Origin: Chrysemys picta bellii
Lineage: Eukaryota
Direction of reading: 5' to 3'
Assembly: GCF_011386835.1 (NCBI RefSeq)
Contig: NC_088794.1
Coordinates: 104,594,001 to 104,658,000 of the forward strand
Length of the DNA: 64,000 bases
Shown piece by piece: positions 1 to 12,758 of the stretch; the first letter of the stretch is position 1, and each line of letters starts with the position of its first letter. The notes under the pieces are model-generated. The model ran no database searches and was not told the DNA's origin. It was given only the letters and a program-made list of their open reading frames with translations. Both the position numbers and the translations under genes were made by a program.

Positions 1-282
1 CAGGAAGATTCACTTGGTTCCCCTCTATCCCACATAACTCAGCTGGGTTCTTTATACCAGTTCTTTCTGGTGGGAGGATGAATTGTCAGCTCAGTTAGGC
101 ACCCAGCTTCTGAAAAGAACTCAGTGCAGCTCCAGTTCCATTGGTTCCTCCACCCACATAAAACAGTGAATCAATTTGGTTCCCTTCTCTTGTCAGCCTA
201 GCATCTAATAATCCCATTCCTCTAGGAAAAGTTTAAATGGACAGTATCAGCTAGAAAACCCAGCATCTACATCAGCTCTGAA

Positions 283-535
283 GAGGAAGGATGATCCAGT
301 GGTTTGGGCACGAGCCCAGGAGTTGGAAGGCCTGCATTCAATTCCCTGCTTCACCACAGACTTCCTGTCTGCCCGTGAGTAAGTCACTTAGTTTCTCCAT
401 GCCTCAGTTTCCCACATTGCACAGCTCGGAATGCTAATACTGCCCTATCTCACAGGAGTGGTGTGAAGATAAATACATTAAAAATTGTAGGGCACTCAGA
501 TGGTATGGTGATGGGGGCCACACAAGTGCCTAAGA
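283..535 (+). mobile_element. MIR/CORE-type SINE, degenerate
   Basis: CORE-like segment GTAAGTCACTTAGTTTCTCCATGCCTCAGTTTCCCACA..GGAATGCTAATACTG, preceded by a decayed tRNA-like head; family name from recall. Confidence 0.6.
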
Positions 536-2495
536 TAAACAAATATATGTACATCCACTAGGAAATGTCCAATGGATTCTAAATATTTGGGAGATGCAGT
601 ATTTTTACTAAAAAAACCAAAATGTTGTTGGGAATTTTTTTAAGTCCCTGTTATTGTAGAATATATGTAGTTTGTAGTTAGAAATGGTTGTTTCAAGCTC
701 ACAGACCTCTGAAAGCATATTCTCTCTCCCTCCTCCCCTTCCCCATTCTGATTCTCTCATAGAGCAAAATCACATGGTAAATATTCATAATCAGATTACA
801 TGGCCCAGTGGTTCTGAATATTACCTGATTATTTCACTTCCCAGACTCAGGGTACACAATGGCATTCTTCAAAAATTAATTGAGAAGTAGAGCTAGACAG
901 GCAGTGAATGAGCCACCTGTTTACCCTTCTCATTGAAAAAATCCTATTAAACTTTGTTTTCCCGTAGTTATGTCAGGGAACCCAGGCTGCCATCTCAATT
1001 ATATCACTTTAGGCACTACCATTCAGAAAAAAACTACATTAAGGAATCATGTCACAGAGTTGACCAGTCACCAGGGTTTGATGCTGTGATAGTGCCCCAC
1101 AAAGTTCAATTCTAGTTTGTTCTGAGAGGGATACTATGGAAAATAGCTCTATTAACTGGTTCCAACAGCTCAAGAGTCTTTTAACAGCCCTGTTTGGAAT
1201 GATATCATATGGGAACTTTTAGGGAAGAAGGTAGGCTCAGAGAAGGTGTTTTTGTGATTAAGGCACTGGACTGAGATACAAAAAAACTGAGTTCTGTTCC
1301 TAGCTCTACCACAGCTTTCATGCAGTGCTTTGGACAAGTCTTTTTGGGGGGCTGATCCTACACCACTGAAGGGTATGAGAGATGGTCGGATACTAAAGTG
1401 AAGCCTTGATAAACTAAGCCTCAACAGGGTCAAGAACTTTCTAGTGAGCTGAGAGAGATTTGTACCTTAGAGATAGAAATCTGGGGAGGGGGGAACAAAC
1501 TTACATCACAGTTGTTAGTCTGTGGCTTTTTCTAGTTTGTACTTAGGAAATGCCTCAAAAGGAACTTTGATAGTGTACAATACACTAATATAATCTATCT
1601 ATATCTAAATAGTTCTTAACTCTTAGATGAACTATCAAAAGTAATACATTTTCCATGTGTGTTTGGGGGGGAATTGCTGAATAATTTCAGCCATTTTGAT
1701 TAGAATCCATGGTTTTAAGAGCAAAGCTACGAGACAGATCAAATATTTATAAATAAATTAACATCAACATATTGGACCAAATTCAGGCCTGGTGTAAGCA
1801 GATGCAATTCCATTTGTGCCAATGAAATGGTTTGAAATTAGCACAGCATTATTTCGATATTTTGTATTAAATCAAAGCCATTGTCAAATGCATTAAGTTA
1901 AGTGGTAAGGAAGCTTCTAACAAAATGTTCTGTGCTGACATCTCTAGTGGAACACAGAGTGTGCAGCTCCCACTGTTAATGTATTTATGATGGGAGTTAC
2001 TTTGAGAATATACCGTAGTTCTCAAATTATTATCAATTATGGTTGCCAAATTAAGTAATGAAAATTAATGGACAAGAAAAAGGTGTGGGAGTCCAGGAGA
2101 TGTAGTTATTGCTAAAAATAAAACGCAAAATGACAAAGTACCTAATTTGCTCATTATTCAGCATCTATTAAACTATCAGTTTTTTAACAACTTACACTCT
2201 TTTCTGAGAATAATGATGAAATAAAGTATTTCTCTACTGGACACAACACAGAGTGACTTGCTACAGTGCTCATTTTTGACAATGATAGCGTTAAAGCATC
2301 GTATAAATATTCATCTCACACTAGTATGGGAAGGGAACATACCATCAGCCTAAACACAGTAATCAGGAAAGCTCTTCATTTATAATCCTCTTGAAGAACT
2401 GAACCTAACATTCCTCAGCAGGGTCAGTTCTGTCATTTGTCGACCAACTTCTTGAGCAAGATTCATCATGTACTTCTTAATAGCACATACATTTA

Positions 2496-2792
2496 GGCTA
2501 TATTTACACTACAGCCTATGTTGGCAAAACTTATGTCACTCAGGGATGTGAACATTCCACCCCTATGAACATCACAAGTTACAGTGACATAAGCATTCAA
2601 GTGCACAGCACTATGTCAGCAGGAGACCTTCTCCCACCAACATAGCTTATGCTGCTCACAGAGGTGGGTTTTTTTATGCCGATGGGAGAGCTCTCTCCCG
2701 TCGGCATAGAGCGTCTTCACCAGATGCACCACAGCAGCACAGCTGTATCCGTACAGCTGCGCCACTGCAGCTCTGTATGTATAGACATACCC
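2496..2792. mobile_element. Non-autonomous PIF/Harbinger MITE
   Basis: TIRs GGCTATATTTACACTAC ... GTATGTATAGACATACCC; TTA on both sides (2493-2495, 2793-2795), the Harbinger-type 3-bp TSD. Confidence 0.85.
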
Positions 2793-3012
2793 TTATTAGA
2801 CTCTTTTGAAAGTTTTTACCATTTCAGGCTAGCCCTATGGTTAATTCTCTTGAAAAAGCAGAATCTTTCAAAAATTGTTCTGCTTTTTAAAGGTCTTTGC
2901 TTTCCTAAAAGAAACTTTTGCTGAATCATTTAAGATTCAGGCCCTACCTACAAGAACTTTACTTATGTAGGTGAGTCAAGTAGGTGCATGAATCTTTGCA
3001 GTGTCAGGGCCT

Positions 3013-3158
3013 AAGAATGTAAATCTTTGGGGCAGGTGCTGTCTTTTTGTTATATCCGTGTTCAGTCTCTAGCACAACAGGGCCCTGAATTCTGATGGGG
3101 ACCTCTAAGTGCTGCCATAATACAAACAATAAATGATAATAATAATAATAATAATAAT
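3013..3158 (+). mobile_element. L2/MIR-related 3' tail ending in (TAA)n
   Basis: GTAAATCTTTGGGGCAGG..CTAGCACAACAGGGCCCTGA..CTAAGTGCTGCCATAATAC followed by a TAA-repeat tail. A related reverse fragment lies at about 12850-12925. Confidence 0.55.
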
Positions 3159-3385
3159 GACTGTCCATTAACTTAATAAGCAGTTTTAGGAATAGTGAGT
3201 TATCCAAGGAACTAATAATTCCTCCAATAAGCAATTCAGTCATTTATCCTCATCTCTGATATTGTACATCTTGCTTCTACTGTGCCTTTTGCTGAATTTC
3301 TGTAGATGTGCTGTGTCTTCTTATGAGTAAATTGGATAATGAAATGGAGCAATTTTTCTCAGTCTTAGGATTTCTTCTTTATTAA

Positions 3386-3768
3386 GGGCCAAATTGCCCT
3401 TAATGTTCAGTTACCCATGTAAGGGGCTGTGCGTAGCTGCACCACCCCAGGAGCAGTCCAGGGAAGGAATTGTGACTCAGAAAACTCCCCTTGCTCCAGG
3501 AAAGAAGCCCCTTTACCTGGAGCAAAGTACTTTCCCCTCCCTGAGCCAGCTCAGCTCTTCTGGCAGGAATATTGAGGGGAGCATAATCAAAACTCCATTC
3601 AGTCCCTGGCCATCTGTGCAGGAAGCGAAGGAAGGAATAGCAGGTGGAGAGACCCTGTTTTTCACCCCACACCAATCCTAAGGTCCAGCAAGGCTATGCA
3701 GGTATGAGTTGGGAGGGCTTCTGTTTTATGTTCCTGTAAAGCCACATAACTGGGCAATATTTTGACCC
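3386..3768. mobile_element. PIF/Harbinger-type MITE
   Basis: Imperfect TIRs GGGCCAAATTGCCC ... GGGCAATATTTTGACCC; TAA on both sides (3383-3385, 3769-3771). Confidence 0.7.
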
Positions 3769-4429
3769 TAAATTCTGAATTAGCAGCATATAGTTATGAA
3801 CAAAATAAAGAAAGAATAGCAAAGTGAAATCCTCACTGTATCAGAAAATAGCCCTACTGGCTTTTAAAGTTTCCCTTTGATCTGAGACAAAGTAGTTCTT
3901 GTGACCTTCCCCCATTACATACATACAGGAGAAGAGCTTGTGCTTTAAACATACATGTCTTCGGCATGTTTCAGTGACAACAATCTGGTGAAGGGCCACT
4001 TCATAGTCTCTTCTTTCAGACATTTTAAAGTTGCCAGTAGTGTCCCTTTGATTATCCTTATTTGTTATGTAAATTCATATTAATAGGTAAATGAAATAAC
4101 CAGATGACTCAAAGGAATCTCCTCCAATTTTGGATTGAAGACATGTTTAACAATAACCGCAGTTTTCCTGCATCCATACCACACAATTTTTTGTACTCAT
4201 CATCAATCATACACATTATGATTAATTTGAGTCATTATGAGTAATGTCTGTCACTGCAGTCCTGGCATGAATCGTTATTGTTTCTGCACCCTGCTGAGAT
4301 AACTCATTTGTGTAGAAACTATAACCACCGTGTTAGCCTGTTCCCATCCACTTTTTGTTCAGTGCTAGCCAGTTCTAAGAGCCTCACCAGAACAGTGATT
4401 GTGGATGATTTGCCCAACCTTGTGGAACC

Positions 4430-4860
4430 TGTGACAGGGCCATGTTCTGCTCCCATCCTCTGATGTCCTAGAAACTGCTCAGACCCACTTTCTTCTTGCA
4501 TGCAGGCTTTATTTTATTCTAAACCTGTCCACCAACACCAGTACACTGCACATCAGTTTTAGCCACTACTTCTTTCAGTCTTTCTTTGCTAGGTCCCTCA
4601 GAGGAAAGACAGTCTCCCTCTCTCTAGGGAGTGCCTTCATTCCAGATTCAGCTAGCCCTTTCCTCCTCACCCATAACACTTCCTTCCTGGCCCTTTTTCA
4701 GGCTAGTTAGCTGAGGGCTACTTCCTTACCTCCCCAGCTTCTCCTTCTGATTAGCTAATTATTTAATCAGCCATTACTGGGAGAACTACTTGAGTAGTCT
4801 AATTGAGGCTACTGTGATCAGAATGCTGACCCACCTGTCAGGCCTCCGCACTCTGTCACA
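4430..4860. mobile_element. Solo LTR (Gypsy/ERV-like)
   Basis: Termini TGTGACAG...CTGTCACA (8-bp inverted) flanked by a 5-bp direct repeat GAACC (4425-4429, 4861-4865). Confidence 0.75.
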
Positions 4861-5991
4861 GAACCCCTGGAGTATTTCTGGTCCTTTGATTTGTTTTTTG
4901 TTTGTTTGTTTTTGTTTTGTTTTTTAAACTTGGCATAGATTTCATTGCACTGCAAAGAAATGAGCTGTCCTGAGCACATGAAAGTATATTACAGAAATCT
5001 GTGTATTCTGCAATTCTTGAGCCATGGAATTTTCCAGGAAATCCACCACTCACTGCAGAATTATGCTTATTTAAAAGTAAAAATTATTGTCCTGATTTTC
5101 AAATGTACTGAGCTCCTGCCGCTCCCTGGTGACTTCTGAAAAAAAAATCAGACCATCAGTTTGTGTTCATGGTTGTGAAGGTAACAAATAATAATAAAGT
5201 AATAGTAATAGTGAAGGGGTTTATGCACCTAAAGCCATAGATAGGCATCTTCTTCACAGTTTTAAGTCTGAATAAAATAAAATTAAAATTAAATAAAAAA
5301 GCCAGGATTTTCAAATGAGCAAACTGAATTAGTCTTAACCTAGTCAATATACTGTTGGAAGTTATGTTTCTCTTTAACTATGGAAACTGTCTTCCTTGAT
5401 CACTTTTTACACGTCAGATGATTTAAGGTTTCTTTTGTTCCTTATTTTTTTATTTAAATATATATAATATTTTTCATTTAAATATATATAATAAATTTAT
5501 TTATTAACTTCAGCCTTTAGACTGAAACTTTTCAACTATATCTCTTTTTTATATTCGTTCCCTTTGCTGAGTATGGGAATTGTTATGGTACAGTTAATAA
5601 AATATTAAATTCAAGTTTTAGGAGTATGAAAAGCAAATAGCTTTCAATTCCCAAAATGAATATCAACATAACAGCTTGTTACACAGTGTCAAGTTTTGAG
5701 TTTGGAAAGGAGACAATGATTCCCATTCTATGAATAAATTAATATTTGGAATTGGAAAAAAACAGATAAATGATTATAAGGTTAGCAGTTCGCTGTTCCC
5801 ATGACACACCCAATGTGTTTGAATTCAGAAGGCAGAGGTGACATCTTTGAATCAGTTACACAGTTTTGCTGTCCAAGCTCAGTAAATCACCAATTATTAA
5901 AACAATTAAAATTAGATATAGTAATTTAAGTTTAGAACCAAACTGTTAAGACCATAAAATCTGTCTTGGTAGACTTTATCCTGTAATCTTA

Positions 5992-6276
5992 GGCCTGGTC
6001 CACACTAACCCGCAACTTCGAACTAAGATACGCAGTTATTCACGTAGCTGAAGTCGAAGGATCTTAGTTTGAACTTACCGCGGGTCCACACGCGGCAGGC
6101 AGGCTCCCCCGTCGACTCTGCATACTCCTCTCGCGGAGCAGGAGTACCGGCGTTGACAGCGAGCACTTCCGGGATCGATCCGGGATCGATTTATTGCATC
6201 TAGACAAGACGCGATAAATCAATCCCAGAAGATCAATTGCTTACCGCCGGACCCGGAGGTAAGTATAGACGTACCC
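5992..6276. mobile_element. PIF/Harbinger MITE, relatively young
   Basis: TIRs GGCCTGGTCCACACTA ... AAGTATAGACGTACCC; TTA TSD (5989-5991, 6277-6279); many CpGs retained. Confidence 0.9.
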
Positions 6277-6484
6277 TTAAAGTCTTAGGTAACCTTCAAA
6301 TCTATCTAGCTAATCTATCTATCTATACACACATATACAGTAAAATCTGCTAAGAATGATTACTCATGGGAGTTAGCAAAAGTGATCACTTGTAAGAGGT
6401 GGTCTTTCTTCAAAGGTTTACACACCAAAGAGTGGTGGCTGCTCTCTGGCTGCCCAGTTCTGAAGGCAGCGCCACCATCCACAG

Positions 6485-7174
6485 TAGGGTTACCATATTT
6501 TGAGTGTCCAAAAAGAGGACACTCCATGGGGCCCCAGCCCCGCCCATGCCCCCACCCCAACTCCACCCCTTCCCCAAAGTCCCCTCCCCAACTCTGCCCC
6601 CTCCCCTGCTTCCCGTGAACATTTGATTCGCGGGAAGCCTGAAGCAGGTAAGCTGGGGGGGGGGAGTAGGAGGCGCGGCCCAGTCTGGCCCCCGCAACCA
6701 AGTGGCTCCCTCCGGCGGCCGGCCCCAGCTTCTCCAGCCTGGCTCGGCTCCTGGGGTGCCGGCCCCCGGCCCACCGGCCCCCGGCCCCGCACGCCCGGGC
6801 CAGCCCCCGGCCCAGCAGCGCCGGCCCCGGCCCTTGGCCCAGCACCGCCGGCCGCTGGCCCCGCACCACCAGCCCCAGCCCCCCACCCAGCACCCCCGCC
6901 CAGCATCCCCGGCCCAGCCCAGCACTGCCGGCTCCCGGCCCAGCACTGCCGGCCCCGCACCGCCGGGCCCGGCCCGGCCCCCGGCCCCGCACCCCCAGGC
7001 CAGCCCCCGGCCGAGCACCCCCGGCCCAGCACCGCCAGCCCCGGCCCGGCCCCCAGTCCAGCACGTCCCTATTTTCCCGGACATGTTCGGCTTTTTGGGA
7101 TTTCCCCCCAGACGGGGATTTGAGGCCCAAAAAGCCGGACATGTCCGGGAAAATCCGGACGTATGGTAACCCTA
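6485..7174. mobile_element. hAT (Tip100-like) non-autonomous element with GC-rich repetitive core
   Basis: Perfect 13-bp TIR TAGGGTTACCATA/TATGGTAACCCTA and perfect 8-bp TSD ATCCACAG (6477-6484, 7175-7182). Confidence 0.92.
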
Positions 7175-7479
7175 ATCCACAGCAGCACAGAAATAAAGAA
7201 GATCAGTTTCTCCTACAGGTTTTTTTTTTATGGATGAGAGTAAGAAAATCTGGTTGCTGGTAACAGATGACATGTCTTTGTGTGTGTGTGTATCTCACAG
7301 ACTCAAAACTCAACATTAATTTTATGCCTTTTGTGGTCTAGTTACAGCCATTATCATCTGCAAACTAGTGATGTGCCAAACTCCAATTTCAGATTTTCAG
7401 AGTAGCAGCCGTGTTAGTCTGTATCCGCAAAAAGAACAGGAGTATTTGTGGCACCTTAGAGACTAACAAATTTATTAGA

Positions 7480-7519
7480 GCATTAGCTTTCGTGGACTAC
7501 AGCCCACTTCTTCGGATGC
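7480..7519 (-). ncRNA. Minimal type I hammerhead ribozyme motif (Penelope-associated), minus-strand copy
   Basis: Reverse complement GCAT-CCGAAGA-A-GTGGGC-TGTA-GTCCAC-GAA-AGCT-A-ATGC: stem I, core variant, stem II, palindromic AGCT stem III. Confidence 0.55.
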
Positions 7520-7612
7520 ATATAGAGTGGAACATATATTAAGGAGCTATATATACACATGCTCTCTGTATGTGTGTATATATATCTCCTCAATATATGT
7601 TCCACTCTATAT

Positions 7613-7652
7613 GCATCCGAAGAAGTGGGCTGTAGTCCACGAAAGCTTATGC
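7613..7652 (+). ncRNA. Minimal type I hammerhead ribozyme motif (Penelope-associated), plus-strand copy
   Basis: GCAT-CCGAAGA-A-GTGGGC-TGTA-GTCCAC-GAA-AGCT-T-ATGC; core differs from CUGANGA by U4C. Confidence 0.55.
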
Positions 7653-7951
7653 TCTAATAAATTTGTTAGTCTCTAAGGTGCCACAAGTACTCCTGTTCTT
7701 TTTCCAATTTCAGAACAGCAGCAAACTTGGGGGAACTTTAGCTCAGAATCCAAATACCCCAAAACATTGGAGAAATTTGAATTTGAATTGCAGCCCATAT
7801 CTACTACAGACTCAGTTCAGGGAAGTGATAATGTTTGTGTTAGAGCTTGGAATGGTGTATGCTGCTATCATCATTTCTAAAGGTAGGCAAAGCATTCCAG
7901 ATAGAAGAGAATAAGAACGTCCCTGGCTTTTACACATTTTTAAAACCCTAC

Positions 7952-9110
7952 TGTGATTGAATGCACCTCTGTATTCACACTCAACACACTATTTTAGTAA
8001 TTTTTGTAAAGATATGCCTTATAAGGTATGATTTGAAAATTAATAACTCACTGGCCAATAATATCATGATGAAATGTAGCAACATTATGTGTAAAGTTAT
8101 TAAATCCCCCCATATGACGTTAAAGGCACATATTCAAACTCACATAGCCCTGGTTAGGTAGAACTGATCTAGCAGGCCTGTCTTAGACAAAGGAATATGC
8201 GTTTATCTCAACCTGCATATAAACTGTAAACAGAATCCTCAGACAGTGAGAGAGTAAAGAAAGAAGACAAAGAAAATTTGCATTTCAGCATACACAGATG
8301 GGAAAAAAACAGCATGAACCCTCCTTCTTCCATGAGACTCCATGTCTCCTTGCTCTCAGCTGTAAAGAACTTCATCTAGAGGCCAGGAAAATGCATTTCA
8401 AAGGGTAACCGAACTATAAAAAGTGAGGGGCAAAAACACCTCAAGTTATCTCTTCCTCTCCATCTCTCCCTAAGAAGACAAAAGAAGCAGACGTTGAACC
8501 TTAGGAGCAGATCTTCACCTGAAACTTGGTCAGCAAATCAACTGAGAACCTGTGGTAAGAATTTCACCTTGAAACAACTCTAGTTTGTTAAGTTTAGTAC
8601 TAGGAAGTGTTTTCTTTGTTTTTCTTGTAGCCATCTCTGACTCATTACTTGTACTCACTTAAAACCTATCTCATTGTAGTTAAATAAACTTTTTTTATTC
8701 TTTAATCAAAATTAATCCAGTGTTGTGAACTGTGGGGAAAACTCCATTTAAGGTGGCAATCTGCTGTATCTTGATCCCCCTTAAAGGGGACTCCTTGGAC
8801 TGTCCAGGAGAGGGCTGGACACTGCAGAACACACAGTTGTGCAGAGAAATTCAGAATGGGGAGTGTGTTGGGATCACTCTGCAAATAGTAACCACTCTGG
8901 AAGCCAGAGTGTAGCTGACAGGATTCTGGGTTCAGAGTTGCTGGATCAGGGCTGTGGCTTTACACAGATACTCTGGATGTGACCTGAATGCTGGCAGGCT
9001 GTTTGTGAGTAACCCAAGTTGGAATCTACAATAGCAAAGCATTATTCGGTATCCAAGGTTGCAGGGAAGGGGTAACCTCACTTGTCTGAATTTCACCCCA
9101 GAATGTCATA
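7952..9110 (+). mobile_element. Solo LTR (Gypsy-like)
   Basis: Starts TGTGA, ends TCATA (decayed TCACA); internal TATAAAAA (8415-8422) followed by AATAAA (8683-8688), the U3-R-U5 order; TSD not recognisable. Confidence 0.7.
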
Positions 9111-11829
9111 TCAATTCTATGTCAAAGTCTATTATTTCCATTCAGGACGGAACTGGACTAAGAACCAGATGTGCCAAAGGATTGTACTACAAAAAATTAT
9201 GCTTCAATGCTAGTTCCATCTTGGTTCAGGAAATAAAGTTCCAAAAACATCTCAAGAGAGTGTTTTCTCACAAGATTTCTCTATCCCTTCCTCAGTATGA
9301 ACCATGGATATGATAAAAGGTCTTTGGGGCTTCAGCGATGGGATGGAGGTAATGTCATAGTGCCGGACCTCAATCCCATTAGAAGGGGGAAGCATCAGGG
9401 TACAGAGGATTCCCTCTCTGTTATATAGGAGTGGGATAGTTGGGATAAAGAATAGAAACTGAATTATTTAGCCACTTTCCTTAATAATGGTTGTTGTTTT
9501 CAGGGAATTCTCAAAGGGAGTTTTCTTGAGATTTCTCTATTCCATTCCTCCCCTCAGAGGTTTCTGTATTGTGAGTCGGAGTGCTGCTGATCATGTAGTT
9601 AAGATTCAGTTGCTGAAAATACATAGCAGCAAGCAGAATTTGCCCTTTGACTTTCAGAAACTCCTCTGCTATGATACACAAGTCATTAGATTTTTGTTTA
9701 ACTTTTTGCCTGCAAACAAAACTTCACCAGATACTTTGTTTTGCCATTTTAATACCTCCATGAATCATTTTATGAAATTGTCTCAAGGTATCAAATTATA
9801 GTTGATCTGCATGGTACCCTAAATATAATTAGAGAGAGATTGTATACTAGCTGACAGATTGGAGGTACAATATTGCTATTCAGTGTGGGTTGGATTTTCA
9901 GAAGATCCTAGGAGAGTTAGACACCTTTGAAAACTCTTGCACATGTTAACAATAAGGAACAGCATGTTCTGATATTTTCACCATTATTGTGTGCAATTCA
10001 GTTATTAAGATTTGTTTTAAATTATTTCGAATCTTGACAGAGTTTGTCCATTTGGATTATAGTCTGGAAGGCTGACAAGCCCAGAAATCTGAAGTTTCGG
10101 GCAACAAGAAACTGGCCATGATGAAGGTGGGGTGAATGAATTGTAAGAATGGCAACTGATGCTTCATTTCAGGGTACCATTGATTTTCCCCACTCTGTTA
10201 TGAATTTGAACTAATAGGGAAGTCATGCATATTTCAGTGGACAGCAGTTTAATATGTAGAACAGTATATTTTAGCACCTGTACATTTTAGAGCAAAATCT
10301 TTGTCCCAGTGAAAATCCTTAGCCTTCAGTCTAGCCCTTTGCTCTGCTCCTGTGGTGCAATAGGGCAGCTGGAAATTCTCCTTGCATGCCCATCTCTACA
10401 TCACCCATTTTTGATTCTGCATTGGGCCATGTCAGCAATGAGAGGGGGTGTGACTGGATCATCTTTTGCTCCAACTACCCTATGCAGCAAGTCAGTGTAA
10501 GTTAGAGCAACCCTGAGGCTGCTAATTTTTTTAATTAAGCAAAAATGATTAAAATCCTCACAAAAATTGTTGAGATATTTGCCTAGCTCTTAAAAAAAAA
10601 TAAAAGACCCAACACAGTCTAAATAAATAATCATTTATTTTAAATAAACATGATCTGCACTCATTTTCTATCACATATATTTGGGGGGAAGGAGAGTTTC
10701 TCTCTTATTTTTGTGAGAAATTCATGCTCAGTGTAGAATTTCTAATATATAAATACCCGCTCCAAAAAAAGAGGTCTTATTCTGTCCATTGATGCAGCCT
10801 ATTGGATCACTCTAGGGCCTGAGGGGATTTTTTAAAAATAAATATTGTAAAGCATTCAAAATAGTCACAACAAACAAATCCTAACTAATTAAGTACACTG
10901 TTAATTTACATACCAAGCAAAAAGGATTGGTATTTTCCCTTGCAAATGCTACTTTTTTCTGCACTACAGTTCATTATTTTAAAATCTGAACACCTACACT
11001 TATTAATTTTTATATGAAATGTTCTCCAACTTCACTTTTCTCCTATCATCTTGTTGTGTTTTTCAAGCAGTGTATTGATTTAAAATACATGCACTCCAGC
11101 TCTCTATGGCTTAGTTTTTCTTCCTTTTTTATATTAATACATTTATGTCTCCAGAAAATTGAAATGCAGTGCTAGTAATGATACCTGCTTTTGCATAATA
11201 AGTCAAAAATATATTTTTATAACTGAGCACAAAAAAAAGGCATTCAGATTATTGACATTTAACTATAAAGCATACAAGGCTGCCATTATTTACAAGTGGT
11301 TTATTACTTTCTTTTATGAATAGGTTTAAAAAAGTTTGTTAATTACATACTGCATGAATGCAAAAAAGCTTCTCCTTATACATTCTGAATGCCCCTTTTT
11401 CTATATAATTACCTTTAAAGTAAGATGAGAATTTTTGCATTGCATTAAATGTATGCTCTAGTGTGTTCTTTGACTATGCTGTAAGTGTGGGGGGAAGGAG
11501 GAGGGTTCCACTTTGCTAAAAATTATTTTTCTCATGTAAAGAATTTAAATATTTCAGAGGTCTTTTCATTTGATTATACGTGCAAATCACTTGGGAAATC
11601 TAATATACTGATCTTGAAATTACTAATTCCTGCATAACAAATTTAACAATCTCACCTGTAGTTTTTCAAGCTTTTCAAAATCATTTCCAGTTCCTCTACA
11701 GTATTCTTATGGTTATGTGGAATGCAGAGCTGTAGATCTTGAGGGCCAGCTGAACGGCACATGGCATAAATCAAACTCAAAAGTGGCTTAAAGATCACAT
11801 TTTGCGCATGTTTTTGAGGCCTTATGTGC

Positions 11830-12142
11830 TAGGCTAATCCTCATGCATGACTAACTTATGCTGGCTGCAAACAATCCCAAGAAGCTGAACCCCCCAGCTA
11901 GGGACTTATGTGGAAAGGGGGTGTCCTAGCCACGCCCCCTGTGCTCCATCACGTCCTCTGGTGCGTATTATGCTGAAGACAGAAAAGAGGTGATGCAAGA
12001 GCTTATGCCCTAACCTGCTCTACTCTGTAGATTGTTTCTTGCCCTGGTGTGATCCTCCTGGGCCTGGATACACCAGTTCTGTAGCCACAATTGGCCAGCA
12101 GGGCACTACCAAGAAGCTACACTGGGCCTGAGAATTTGACCA
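11830..12142. mobile_element. Degenerate Harbinger-type MITE
   Basis: Right end GAGAATTTGACC resembles the 3386-3768 TIR; internal hairpin GGGGGTG..CACGCCCCC; shares CTAACT/AGTTAGAGCA motifs with fragments at about 10300-10530 and 21800-22060. Confidence 0.4.
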
Positions 12143-12566
12143 AAGAATTTTAAGTTTAATGAAGTGTGAGGCCTTCTAATCAATTCACATACATTTTAAA
12201 CTTGTCTTGCAAGCATCACAAAGCAGACCAGCGCAACAAATTCTCATAGTTCATTGCAGATTTGGAGGTTTTAATATTATTTCAGATTAGGAGTAGAAAA
12301 TAAAATCATTTGAACAACTAGGGGTTTTTTTTATTTGTGATCTTTAATTAGCCAGTTGTGTTCATTTACTTTGCTGCCCTTCTGGATAAATTCTTCTATA
12401 GATTTGTTTAAAACCTTCTTTTCATTTAAATGGAGAATTATATTGCCTGTTGTAGAATCTCATAAAATAGTTCAAAAACCTATAGAAAATTTCCCTTTTT
12501 GAAAAGTCCTATGAGATTTATAGAAAAGCATTACATTTCTGTACATTTTAATTATGTTATATAATA

Positions 12567-12758
12567 CACCTCTACCTCGATATAACGCTGTCCTCGGGAG
12601 CCAAAAAATCTTATTGTGTTATAGGTGAAACCACGTTATATCAAACTTGCTTTGATCTGCCGGAGTGTGTAGCCCCGTCCCCCTCCCCAGAGCGCTGCTT
12701 TACCACGTTACATCCGAATTCGTGTTATATTGGGTCGCGTTATATCGGGGTAGAGGTG
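12567..12758. mobile_element. Tc1/mariner-pogo (Tigger-like) MITE
   Basis: 22-bp TIR CACCTCTACCTCGATATAACGC / GCGTTATATCGGGGTAGAGGTG (1 mismatch) with TA TSD (12565-12566, 12759-12760). Confidence 0.9.

Larger units (their letters stand above)
7394..7702. mobile_element. Penelope-like element terminal repeat in fold-back (inverted) arrangement
   Basis: Near-perfect palindrome 7429-7703 (arms about 130 bp); 12-bp direct repeat TCCAATTTCAGA flanks it (7382-7393, 7703-7714); matches the turtle Penelope terminal sequence from recall. Confidence 0.82.

Noticed and set aside
5452-5492. 17-bp direct repeat ATTTAAATATATATAAT
   Set aside because: Low-complexity AT slippage product; no evidence of function.
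6360-7169. Six long overlapping ORFs (155-260 aa) on both strands
   Set aside because: All lie in the GC-rich low-complexity core of a TIR/TSD-bounded hAT MITE, where stop codons are rare; the products are Pro/Gly/Ala/Arg-rich with no domain.
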